The translations under genes were made by a program, and so were the position numbers. The notes under the pieces were generated by a model. The model had not been told where the DNA came from and did not search any database. It saw only the letters and a list, made by a program, of their open reading frames with translations. This document shows, piece after piece, positions 20,787 through 28,758 of a stretch of 28,758 nt of DNA. Numbering within the stretch: position 1 is the stretch's first letter; each line of letters opens with the position of its first letter. Source of the DNA: Myxococcales bacterium (GTDB lineage: Bacteria > Myxococcota_A > Polyangia > Haliangiales > Haliangiaceae); assembly GCA_016706545.1 (NCBI GenBank), contig JADJJK010000031.1:85650-114407 (forward strand), read 5' to 3'.

Positions 20787-21782
20787 ATGTCCCGCCACCC
20801 CAAGCTGCCGATCGATCCGCTCGCTGACCCCGACGTGCCCAAGGGCATGTCCCTGGCCCTCTTGCAGGAGCTGCACCTTCTGACCCGCGACGGCCAGCTC
20901 AACCAGGACGCCCGGCGCAAGCTCAAGCAGATCCGCCACTTCGTGGGGCTCCTTCGGCCAGCGCTCGACGACGTGTACGCGCGGCACCAGGAGCCGGTCA
21001 TCGTCGACTGTGGCGCCGGCAAGTCGTACCTGGGCTTCTTGCTGTACGAGCTGGTGGTGGGGCCTTCGGGACGCGGCCGGTTGTGCGCGGTGGAGGTGCG
21101 GCAGGAGCTGGTGGCGGCGGCGCGGCAGCGCGCGGCCCGCTTTGGCCACGAGCGCTTCGCCTTCGCGGCGGCCCGGATCGGCGAGGGGGAGGGCGCCCCG
21201 GCTGCTCGGGCCAGCGCCGCGCCGACCCAGGCGCCTGGCGCTGGCCAGGAGGGCCTGCCAGAGCGCCTGCACGTGGTGGTGGCGCTGCACGCCTGCGACA
21301 CCGCCACCGATGACGCGATCGCGCTGGCCCTGCGCCACCGCGCGGACTACGTGGCGGTGGTGCCGTGCTGCCAGGCGGAGGTGGCGCGGCAACTGCGAGG
21401 CCCGGTGGGCGCGGCGGCGGCGCTCAGCGCGGACGCCACCGACTCCGACGATGCGGGTGAGGTGCTCGGGTTCTCCGGCGGCGCCGAGGACGCGCCGGCG
21501 CAGGTGGCGGTGGATCCGCTCCGCGCCCTGTTTCGCCACCCGCTGCACCGACGCGAGCTGGGCTCTCACCTCACCAACGTGGTGCGCGCGCTGGCGCTGA
21601 CCGCCCACGGCTACCAGGTCACGGTGACCGAGCTGGTCGGGTGGGAGCACTCGGCCAAGAACGAGCTCATCTTGGCGCGGCGCGTGGGACGAGACAACCC
21701 GCGCGCCGCCGCCGAGCTGGCCGCGCTGTGTACGCGCTTTGGCATCCAACCGGCGATCGTGCGGGCGCTAGCCACGCACTGA
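20787..21782 (+). CDS. SAM-dependent methyltransferase (Methyltransf_32-like)
   Basis: VIVDCGAGKSYLG motif I and ALHACDTATDDAI. The opposing 325-aa ORF is an Arg-rich artefact. Confidence 0.8.
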   Translation: MSRHPKLPIDPLADPDVPKGMSLALLQELHLLTRDGQLNQDARRKLKQIRHFVGLLRPALDDVYARHQEPVIVDCGAGKSYLGFLLYELVVGPSGRGRLCAVEVRQELVAAARQRAARFGHERFAFAAARIGEGEGAPAARASAAPTQAPGAGQEGLPERLHVVVALHACDTATDDAIALALRHRADYVAVVPCCQAEVARQLRGPVGAAAALSADATDSDDAGEVLGFSGGAEDAPAQVAVDPLRALFRHPLHRRELGSHLTNVVRALALTAHGYQVTVTELVGWEHSAKNELILARRVGRDNPRAAAELAALCTRFGIQPAIVRALATH

Positions 21783-21833
21783 TCGTTGGCCACCGTTCGC
21801 CAGCGCGTGCCGCGCGCGTCACCGCGCTGCTCG

Positions 21834-23399
21834 TCAGTTCCGGCGCAGGCCGGCGGTCAAGGTCAGCGCGGCGCACTCGCCAAACGCCACGCAGCGCAGG
21901 TCCGCGGTGCGCGCCGGCAAGAACACGTTGAGCAGCGCGGGCGAGAGCTGGAACGACCGGGTGGCCTGCCCGAACGCATCCGGCGCGGCGGTGGCGGCGC
22001 CGGGCAGCTCGTTGACATGCACGAAGGCCGCCGACGCGGGCCACACCAGCCCGCCGCCGAGGTTGTCCCCGTTGGAGTGCTGATGGCAGCCGCCGCACGA
22101 CAGGGCGGTGGCGCGAAGGAGGACGTTGGCGGGGGTCAACGTGGAGCCCAGCGAGGTCAGCTTGGCCTGGACCGCGGTGGTCAGCGCTGGAGACGAGAAC
22201 AAGGCGTAGTCGTTGGAGAACTGCGTCGGATCGCCGGCCGGGCCTTCGATGGCGCCAGCGCCGACCTGGGAGTCGCTCTGTCCGGCGCCGAAGGTCACGT
22301 TGTCAGCCATGGAGAAGCGGTTGAGGTCGTTGACGATGAGGCTCGGCACCTGACCGACGAACCAGGTGGAGAACGGGTCCGCGCCGGTGGCGGTGGCGAA
22401 CAGGCCCGGCCACGGGTTGGTCTTGACGTACTCGGGGCGGATCACCAGGCGCCCGGTGCTGGAGATCTGGGTCTTGAACTCGCGGAGCTGCCAGCGCGCC
22501 TCGCCGGGGCCGTTCATGAAGCCGTTGCTGCGGATCTGTCCTCGCACCGCGCCCAGGTTCTGGTAGTGCATGACCGGCATGGTGGTGGCGGTCACCCCGT
22601 CGCTGTACGTGACGGTGACGCCCGTGTAGTAGAACGCCGCCAGGGTGGTCCGGGCGCTGGCCGCCGTCACCGCTGGATCGCTCAGGCCTGCCCACAGGTC
22701 CGCGATGGGCTGGCACCCGGCGGCGCCGAGCGCTGGGCGCGGGTTGGGCAGCGCGGCCTCGAAGATGATGAGCGCGCGGCCGGTGGGCGCAGCGGGCGCG
22801 GCGTCTTTGCGGCCATAGATGATCCGGTACTCGCCGCAGGTGGTGGCCGCCGCGTCGCGCAGATCGAGCCGGTTCATGAGCGCGATGGGGTAGAAGTACG
22901 CGGCCGACGCTGGCGTCAGCATGTCGGTGGCCGGGGCGGCCATGGAGCCCTCGTTGCGCGGGCACTGGATGGGGAAGCCGTTGATGACCGGGCGACCGCC
23001 GCCGCCGATGACGTCGTCGCACTGCGGGTTGGCCACGCCGGTCTGCGCGCCGGCGTTGGTGTTCTGGGTGTCCCAGAGCTGGCGGGCGAGCGCGTTCATC
23101 GGGCTCTCCCCGGGGCCGGTGGTGGGCAGGCCCGCCGAGGACAGCATTAGCCCCAGCGTGCGGCGCAGCGAGAACGCGGACTCGCCGCCAGGGCCGCAGT
23201 CGCCAAGGCCCGGCGTGCCGGCGAGGCACGGCTGCAGCACGGAGGAGGCGGTGATCGCGAGCGAGCGCCTGGCCACGGTCGGGATCGCCGCGGAGGCCTC
23301 GGCCTCGGTGCGCGCGAGCTCCACGTCTTCGACGGAGTCGGCGCAGGCGCCAGCGAGAAGGACAGAGCCAAGGAAAACGAGCGAACGGGTATTGCGCAT
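21834..23399 (-). CDS. Hypothetical lipoprotein with a single CxxCH-like motif (start at Met 23399; the track ORF extends to 23510)
   Basis: MRNTRSLVFLGSVLLAGAC lipoprotein signal. Non-repetitive mature region. SCGGCHQH possible heme-c site near the C-terminus. Confidence 0.7.
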   Translation of the reverse strand: MRNTRSLVFLGSVLLAGACADSVEDVELARTEAEASAAIPTVARRSLAITASSVLQPCLAGTPGLGDCGPGGESAFSLRRTLGLMLSSAGLPTTGPGESPMNALARQLWDTQNTNAGAQTGVANPQCDDVIGGGGRPVINGFPIQCPRNEGSMAAPATDMLTPASAAYFYPIALMNRLDLRDAAATTCGEYRIIYGRKDAAPAAPTGRALIIFEAALPNPRPALGAAGCQPIADLWAGLSDPAVTAASARTTLAAFYYTGVTVTYSDGVTATTMPVMHYQNLGAVRGQIRSNGFMNGPGEARWQLREFKTQISSTGRLVIRPEYVKTNPWPGLFATATGADPFSTWFVGQVPSLIVNDLNRFSMADNVTFGAGQSDSQVGAGAIEGPAGDPTQFSNDYALFSSPALTTAVQAKLTSLGSTLTPANVLLRATALSCGGCHQHSNGDNLGGGLVWPASAAFVHVNELPGAATAAPDAFGQATRSFQLSPALLNVFLPARTADLRCVAFGECAALTLTAGLRRN

Positions 23400-23609
23400 G
23401 AACTTCTTTCTCCAGCCCGCGACTACCTGTCGGGCGAGGAAGCCATGGAGCAAGCGCCGTGCCTCAAACGGTGTGTTGCGAGATCCAGCGGATCGCGGCC
23501 CCGCCGGCACGTCGAGGGTCCAGCCGCACCATCGGCGCGGCGCGGCGGTGGCGCGTCGAGGTTCCAGCGCGGCCTTTGCGTCAGGCGCGCTACAGCGCGC
23601 GGCAGATCG

Positions 23610-25283
23610 TCAGCCAGCGCCCACCGCGCCCGTGGTCGGCAGCTCGCCGAGGGGGCGGGGGCGCAGCGCGTCGAGCACCATCACCGCGGCCAGCGCCAGG
23701 AGCAGCACGGACACCAGGCCGTTGATCCACGGCGGCGAGCCCGCGTGCGCTTGCCAGAGCTGGCGCGCTTGCAAGCCCAGCGAGGTGACGGTCACCGCCA
23801 TCACGCCGAGCATCGGATAGAACGTGTACCAGGTCCGGCGCCCCTGCCGCTTCATCCACACCGTGATGGCCAGAAGGGACAGCGCGGCCAGGAGCTGGTT
23901 GGAGGAGCCAAACAAGGTCCAGAACAGTCGGAACGAGCCGGACTTGGTGGCCAGGAGAAACAGCAGCGGCACGCCGCAGGTGGCGGCGGTGGCGAGCGCC
24001 GCCGACAGCAGGCCGCGCGTGCCGGTCAGCTCCTGCAGGATGTAGCGCCCGAGCCGCGTGGCCGAGTCCAGCGTATCGAAGATGAAGGTCGACAGCGCCA
24101 TCGCGCCGAAGGTCATGGCGATCATCGGCGTCATCCCGAAGAGCTTGTGCAGGAAGGCGCCGATGCCCATCGCGTACACCGCGCCGGGCGCCTTGCCGGC
24201 GGTGTCCGCGGGGGCGACGATCATGATGGTGGCCAGGGCGATGAGCGCGACGAAGGCCTCGAGCAGCATCGCGCCGTAGCCGATGGGGTGGCAGTGGCTC
24301 TCTCGGTCGATCTGCTTGGAGGTGGTGCCCGAGCACACGAGCCCGTGGAAGCCCGAGCACGCGCCGCAGGCGATGGTCACGAAGAGGAACGGAAACAGCG
24401 TGCCGCCCTGAGAGGTGAAGCCCAGGAACGCCGGCTGCTTGATCTCGAAGCCGCCCAGGAAGATGCCGAGCGTGCCCACCGCGAGCGCGGAGTACAGGAC
24501 GAAGCCGCCCAGGTAGCCGCGCGGCTGCATGAGCAGCCACATCGGCGAGATCGACGCCACGAAGCAGTAGCCGATGATGAGCAGCGCCCAGCTCTTCCAG
24601 CCGAGGACGAGCACGGTGGACAGCTCGGTGCCTAGCCACACCGCGCCGAAGGTGGCGGGCACGAAGATCGCGGTCAGGAGCCACAGCGGCGGCTTCCACA
24701 GCCTCGTCACCACGCCCATCACCAGGGCCAGGCCCAGGTACAGGAGGCTCGACATGGCCACCGCGCCGCCCTGGTTGAACCGGAAGGTCAGGCCCTTGAC
24801 GTCCGCGTCGCCGGTCACGAACGTGCCAGCGGTGATGTCGACGAACGCCACGATCACGTAGATGAGCGCCATCCAGATGAAGGCGAGGATGGCGAGCCAC
24901 GCGCGCCGCCCCATGTTGACCTTCACCACCTCCGCCACGGTCATGGCGTTGTGGCGCACCGAGGCCACCAGGGTGGTGAAGTCGTGGACCGCGCCGATGA
25001 ACACGACGCCGATGGAGATCCACAAGATCGCGGGCAGCCAGCCAAACTGCTGGCAGGCCAGGATGGGCCCGACGATGGGCCCCGCGGCGGCGATGGCGCT
25101 GAAGTGCTGTCCAAACAGGTAGAACGGCTTGGTCGGCACGAAGTCCAGGCCGTCCTGGTGGCGATGCGCCGGGGTGTCCTGGGTGTCGCCCAGGTGGTAC
25201 TGGCGCGCGACGAAGCCCCCGTAGTAGCGATACGCCAGGGCCAAGGTCACCAGGACGGCGATGGCGAGCACGGGCAAGGTCAT
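23610..25283 (-). CDS. cstA: Carbon starvation protein A family transporter
   Basis: Polytopic membrane protein with CstA signatures FGQHFSAIAAAGPIVGPILA and ACGACSGFHGLVCSGTTSKQ. Confidence 0.9.
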   Translation of the reverse strand: MTLPVLAIAVLVTLALAYRYYGGFVARQYHLGDTQDTPAHRHQDGLDFVPTKPFYLFGQHFSAIAAAGPIVGPILACQQFGWLPAILWISIGVVFIGAVHDFTTLVASVRHNAMTVAEVVKVNMGRRAWLAILAFIWMALIYVIVAFVDITAGTFVTGDADVKGLTFRFNQGGAVAMSSLLYLGLALVMGVVTRLWKPPLWLLTAIFVPATFGAVWLGTELSTVLVLGWKSWALLIIGYCFVASISPMWLLMQPRGYLGGFVLYSALAVGTLGIFLGGFEIKQPAFLGFTSQGGTLFPFLFVTIACGACSGFHGLVCSGTTSKQIDRESHCHPIGYGAMLLEAFVALIALATIMIVAPADTAGKAPGAVYAMGIGAFLHKLFGMTPMIAMTFGAMALSTFIFDTLDSATRLGRYILQELTGTRGLLSAALATAATCGVPLLFLLATKSGSFRLFWTLFGSSNQLLAALSLLAITVWMKRQGRRTWYTFYPMLGVMAVTVTSLGLQARQLWQAHAGSPPWINGLVSVLLLALAAVMVLDALRPRPLGELPTTGAVGAG

Positions 25284-25462
25284 GGCCGCCAGCCTATCTC
25301 AAGCGGCCCCACGCTGGCGGCGGCGACGGCGACGCCTTGGTCCTGGGGCCCGTTTGTCAGCGGTCCGGGCCGACCGGGAGGCGCCTGGGGAGGCGCTTGG
25401 CCGACGGCAGGTGGCGCCAGGCCCGGCGAGGAGGCCGCCGATCGTGCTAGGGTCGCCGCCCT

Positions 25463-26647
25463 ATGGCTGGAGACGACGAAGATTTTGCATCCATGTTCGC
25501 GGCCTTCGAGAGCGCGACACCGCGCCAGGACCGCAAGCGGCCGAGGGTTGGCGATCTGGTGTCGGGCACCATCATCTCGATCGGCAAGGACGCCGTCTTC
25601 GTCGATATTGGCGGCAAGGCCGAGGGCACGCTGGACCGCGCCCAGGTCGAGGACCGTGACGGCAAGATGATCGTCGCCATCGGCGAGACCGTCGAGGCGC
25701 GGGTGGCCCAGGACGCCGGCGGTGTCCTGAGCCTGCGCATCAAGGTCATGCGCGGCCCCGAGGCCAAGGCGGAGCTGGTCAGCGCCCAGGAGATGGGGCT
25801 GCCGGTGGAGGGCCTGGTCACCGAGGTGGTCAAGGGCGGGCTCTCGGTGGACGTCGCCGGGGTGCGCGGGTTCTGCCCGGCATCGCAGATCGACAACCGC
25901 TTCGTCGAGGATCTGGCCGGCTTCGTGGGGCAGCGGCTGACCTTCCGCATCTCGCGCTACGAGCCGGGCGGCCGCGGCAACCTGGTGCTGTCGCGCCGGG
26001 TGCTCCTGGAAGAGGAGCGAGAGAAGATCGCGGCCAAGACCCGAGAGCACCTGAAGGTGGGCGCGACGATGCGCGGCAAGGTGGTCGGCTTCAAGCCGTT
26101 CGGCGCCTTCGTCGATCTGGGCGGCATCGAGGGCATGCTGCACGTCTCGGAGCTCGGGTTCTCGCGCGTCGAGCGTCCGGAGGACGTGCTCACGCTCGGC
26201 CAGGAGGTGGACGTGGCGGTGCTCAAGATCGAGCCGGGCGACAAGGGGCAGCGCATCGCGCTGTCGCTCAAGGCGCTGGCCGCGGATCCGTGGCACGACG
26301 CGAGCCGCACCCTGGTGGACGGCGCGCGCATCAAGGGCAAGATCGTGCGCATGCAGCCCTTCGGCGTGTTCGTGGAGGTGGCGCCGGGCATCGAGGGGCT
26401 GGTCCACATCAGCGAGCTGGGCGCCGGCCGGCGCATCAACCACCCGCGCGAGGTGGTGAGCGAAGGGCAAGAGGTCGAGGTCCAGGTGATGGGCGTGGAC
26501 CCGGAGCGACGGCGGGTGTCGCTGTCCATGGCCGCGGCGGCCGCCGGTGGTGGCGCCAGCGCGGAGGACGTGGCAGCGGCGACCCAGCGCTCGTCGCCCT
26601 CGGCGCAGCTCGGCACGCTCGCCGATCTGCTCAAGCTCAAGCGATAG
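25463..26647 (+). CDS. S1 RNA-binding domain protein (four tandem S1 domains; ribosomal protein S1-like paralog)
   Basis: Repeated S1 modules (GDLVSGTIISIGKDAVFVDIGG...; VEGLVTEVVKGGLSVDV; MRGKVVGFKPFGAFVDLGG; IKGKIVRMQPFGVFVEV). Confidence 0.85.
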   Translation: MAGDDEDFASMFAAFESATPRQDRKRPRVGDLVSGTIISIGKDAVFVDIGGKAEGTLDRAQVEDRDGKMIVAIGETVEARVAQDAGGVLSLRIKVMRGPEAKAELVSAQEMGLPVEGLVTEVVKGGLSVDVAGVRGFCPASQIDNRFVEDLAGFVGQRLTFRISRYEPGGRGNLVLSRRVLLEEEREKIAAKTREHLKVGATMRGKVVGFKPFGAFVDLGGIEGMLHVSELGFSRVERPEDVLTLGQEVDVAVLKIEPGDKGQRIALSLKALAADPWHDASRTLVDGARIKGKIVRMQPFGVFVEVAPGIEGLVHISELGAGRRINHPREVVSEGQEVEVQVMGVDPERRRVSLSMAAAAAGGGASAEDVAAATQRSSPSAQLGTLADLLKLKR

Positions 26648-26785
26648 GACGCGCCGCCAGGGCGGCGGTGACGCCGAAGCGCGCGGCCAGCTCGCCGAAC
26701 TCTCGGCGAGCTTTCGGCAGGCGCTCGCCCGGAGCCCTCGGTCAGCGCTCGCTGGCCATCCCCTGCTCGCGCCAGCGCGCGCCGG

Positions 26786-27154
26786 CTACGGCTTGGCGAT
26801 GGTGAAGCCGGTGAGGCAGCGGAACTGCTTCTGGTTGTACTCGCTGGCGACGTACTCGAGCGTCACCTGGTCGCCGTTGCGGTACGCGGCGTAGAGGATC
26901 TGGATGCTGGTCTCCGACAGCTCCCGGCCCTTGCACTGCAGGCCGCCCCAGCGATAGTTCGTGGACGCCTTGTCGAGCCCGAGCCACACCGCGCCGTGGA
27001 ACAGGCGGTAGCTCGAGTCCCCGGGCTCGAGCAACATGAGCTGGGCCAGGGTGGAGGTGGGGGTGGTGTCGGCGTGAGCCGGCGTGGGCCGAAGAAGCCC
27101 GACCGCCCCGGCGACCGCGACGACGAGGATGACCGCGACAAGCGAACGACGCAT
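26786..27154 (-). CDS. Small hypothetical secreted protein (Met 27154 start; the track ORF extends to GTG 27196)
   Basis: MRRSLVAVILVVAVAGAVGLLRPTPAHA signal peptide. Mature part has balanced composition (YRWGGLQCKGRELSETSIQILYAAYRNGDQ...). Confidence 0.6.
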   Translation of the reverse strand: MRRSLVAVILVVAVAGAVGLLRPTPAHADTTPTSTLAQLMLLEPGDSSYRLFHGAVWLGLDKASTNYRWGGLQCKGRELSETSIQILYAAYRNGDQVTLEYVASEYNQKQFRCLTGFTIAKP

Positions 27155-27367
27155 GCGCAGATGATACTCGGGCCAAGGGCGAGGGAGGAAATTCACGGAT
27201 CGCTGTTTTCCCCGGCGGCCAGGCTTTCCTTGGCCAAGCAGGCGCGAGGCGACGCCCGCCTCGAGAGGCGGCCATCGCGTGAAATCTCGTGACCGTGGGC
27301 CAGGTTGTGGGATCGTGTGGATTGTCTGTCATGTGCCGTCCCTCCGTAGGCACAGAGGGCAAGAGAC

Positions 27368-28758
27368 ATGGAACGAAGCGATGCAGAGTTGCTCGAGGCC
27401 TCCCGGCGTGGCGAGCGCGCGGCGTTCGCGACCTTGGTAGAGCGGTATCAGGGCGTGGTCTGCGCGGTGTCGTATAGCCGCACCGGCGACCGCGCGCTGA
27501 GCGAGGACGTCGCGCAGGACACCTTCTTGGCTGCGTGGCGCCAGCTCCATCAGGTCCGCGAGGTACACAGGCTGCGCGCGTGGCTATGCGGGATCGCGCG
27601 CAACCTGTCGCTCAAGGCGCGGCGCAAGCGCGCTCGCGAGACGCCGGTGGAGGACGAGCTCGAGCAGTCTGCCTCCGCCGATCTGTTCGAGCAGGTCAGC
27701 GACCGGCAAGCGGAGCGCCTGGTGCGCGACGCGCTGCACCGGGTGCCGGAGATCTACCGCGACGCGCTGGTGCTCTACTATCACGAGCAGCAGTCCGCTC
27801 GGGAGGTGGCGCTGGCGCTGGGGATAAGCGAAGCGGCGGTGCTGCAGCGCCTCGCTCGTGGTCGCCAGCTCCTCGCCGCGGGCGTCAGCGGGCTCGTGGA
27901 GCGCGCGCTGCGCGGCCCGCTGCCGCGCCAGAGCCTCGTCGTCGGTGTGCTCGCCGCCTTGCCAGCCCTCGCTCCGTCCCATGCCAGCGCGACCACCACA
28001 GCAACCACGTATGGAGGGACCATGTTGAAAGTAGCTCTCGTGACCTGCGCGCTCGCCGCCGCCGGCACCGCCGTGTACGTAACGAAGTCTTCCTCGTCGG
28101 CTCGAGCGCCGACCCCGGCGGTCGTCGCCGCGTCGCCAGCGGCGGCCCAGGCAGCGCTGGCGCCCGCCGCTCGGCCGACCGCTGCGGCCGCTGCGGCCGC
28201 TGCGGCCGCGACCCCCGCCGCGACGACGGCGCCGGCTGACCCAGCGACCGCCGCCAGCGAGGCGCCTGGCGCGCCCTGTCCGGATGCGCCAGGCGGCTGT
28301 GACAACAGCGCGCCGGCGCTCGAGGCCCTGCCGCTGGTGGACGCCGCGACCAGCGCGCGCCTGGGCCTGCGCGACGGGCCGTCTCGCGGCGCCGCGGACG
28401 CGCCGGTGACCATCACGATGTTCACCGACCTGCAGTGCAAGTTCTGCGGCGAGGCGCTGGGCGGACTCGACCAGCTCCTCGAGGACTACCCAGGCAAGCT
28501 GCGCATCGTGATCAAGCAGTTCCCGGTGCGCAAGAACTCCGACCTGGCCGCCGAGGCCGCGCTGGCCGCCGAGGCGCAGGGCAAGTTCTGGGACCTGTAT
28601 GATCTGATGATGGCCAACCAGGACAGCCTGTCTCCCGACGGCCTGCTGGCGCTGGCCAAGCGCGCCGGGCTCGACGGTGCTGCGTTCCAGGCGGCGCTCA
28701 GCCAGCGCACGTATCGCGCGGCGGTGGAACAGTCCATGGCCGCTGGCAAGGAGCTGCA
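27368..28758 (+). CDS. ECF sigma factor continuing in-frame, without a stop, into a transmembrane segment, Ala/Pro-rich linker and DsbA-like thioredoxin domain (3'-partial; runs off the window)
   Basis: Sigma region 2 (LSEDVAQDTFLAAWRQL) and region 4 (EVALALGISEAAVLQRLARGRQLL). Hydrophobic segment MLKVALVTCALAAAGTAVYV (internal ATG at 28022 preceded by GGAGGG). CxxC thioredoxin motif ITMFTDLQCKFCGE...LRIVIKQFPV...AQGKFWDLYD. My frame-1 reading reproduces the track ORF 27535-28239 exactly, and no stop is seen in frame 2. Confidence 0.8.
   Translation, partial: MERSDAELLEASRRGERAAFATLVERYQGVVCAVSYSRTGDRALSEDVAQDTFLAAWRQLHQVREVHRLRAWLCGIARNLSLKARRKRARETPVEDELEQSASADLFEQVSDRQAERLVRDALHRVPEIYRDALVLYYHEQQSAREVALALGISEAAVLQRLARGRQLLAAGVSGLVERALRGPLPRQSLVVGVLAALPALAPSHASATTTATTYGGTMLKVALVTCALAAAGTAVYVTKSSSSARAPTPAVVAASPAAAQAALAPAARPTAAAAAAAAAATPAATTAPADPATAASEAPGAPCPDAPGGCDNSAPALEALPLVDAATSARLGLRDGPSRGAADAPVTITMFTDLQCKFCGEALGGLDQLLEDYPGKLRIVIKQFPVRKNSDLAAEAALAAEAQGKFWDLYDLMMANQDSLSPDGLLALAKRAGLDGAAFQAALSQRTYRAAVEQSMAAGKEL

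Noticed and set aside
20772-21749. 325-aa minus-strand ORF opposite the second methyltransferase
   Set aside because: Arg-rich antisense artefact. The plus-strand frame carries the SAM-binding motif.
22303-23820. 308-aa minus-strand and 299-aa/454-aa plus-strand ORFs overlapping the 21834-23399 lipoprotein gene
   Set aside because: Pro/Arg-rich alternate-frame translations. The lipoprotein frame has a signal peptide and balanced composition.
23445-26470. 396-aa plus-strand ORF over cstA, 477-aa minus-strand alternate frame, and 396-aa minus-strand ORF over the S1 gene
   Set aside because: Shadow ORFs of GC-rich genes. The CstA and S1 frames contain the family signatures.
27535-28239. 234-aa plus-strand ORF (frame +1) and 27781-28440 minus ORF
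   Set aside because: Arg/Ala-rich shadows of the ECF-DsbA reading frame (frame 2), which has sigma and thioredoxin motifs and no stop.

Overview
High-GC (about 70%) chromosomal DNA with Myxococcota-like gene content: FHA/sigma-54 activators, lipoproteins, CstA and ECF sigma factors. A horizontally acquired low-GC (about 50%) island of roughly 8 kb (about 2210-10420) interrupts it, with a frameshifted IS4-family element (10421-11875) on its right. The island starts exactly where the third copy of a triplicated, highly structured ~255-bp tandem repeat (1478-2210) is truncated. Island cargo: (i) a tightly coupled plus-strand operon of a stand-alone adenylation enzyme, carrier protein, alpha/beta-hydrolase, hexapeptide (LbH) acyltransferase and a protein with an N-terminal TIR/NDT-like domain plus a C-terminal Rossmann (SLOG/LOG-like) domain; (ii) a minus-strand GT2 glycosyltransferase; (iii) a minus-strand pair of a small ThsB-like TIR-like protein and a caspase-like (peptidase C14) protein. 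Together (i) and (iii) look like a candidate, apparently undescribed, Thoeris-like nucleotide-signalling/conflict system coupled to amino-acid activation chemistry. The flanking high-GC DNA carries ordinary genes: two SAM methyltransferases, a PQQ-type sugar dehydrogenase lipoprotein, an IDH-family dehydrogenase in an operon with an NtrC-like regulator, an ECF sigma factor, CstA, an S1-domain protein, and an ECF sigma factor that reads without a stop codon into a transmembrane segment and a DsbA-like domain. Many long antisense and alternate-frame ORFs in the track are GC-driven artefacts.
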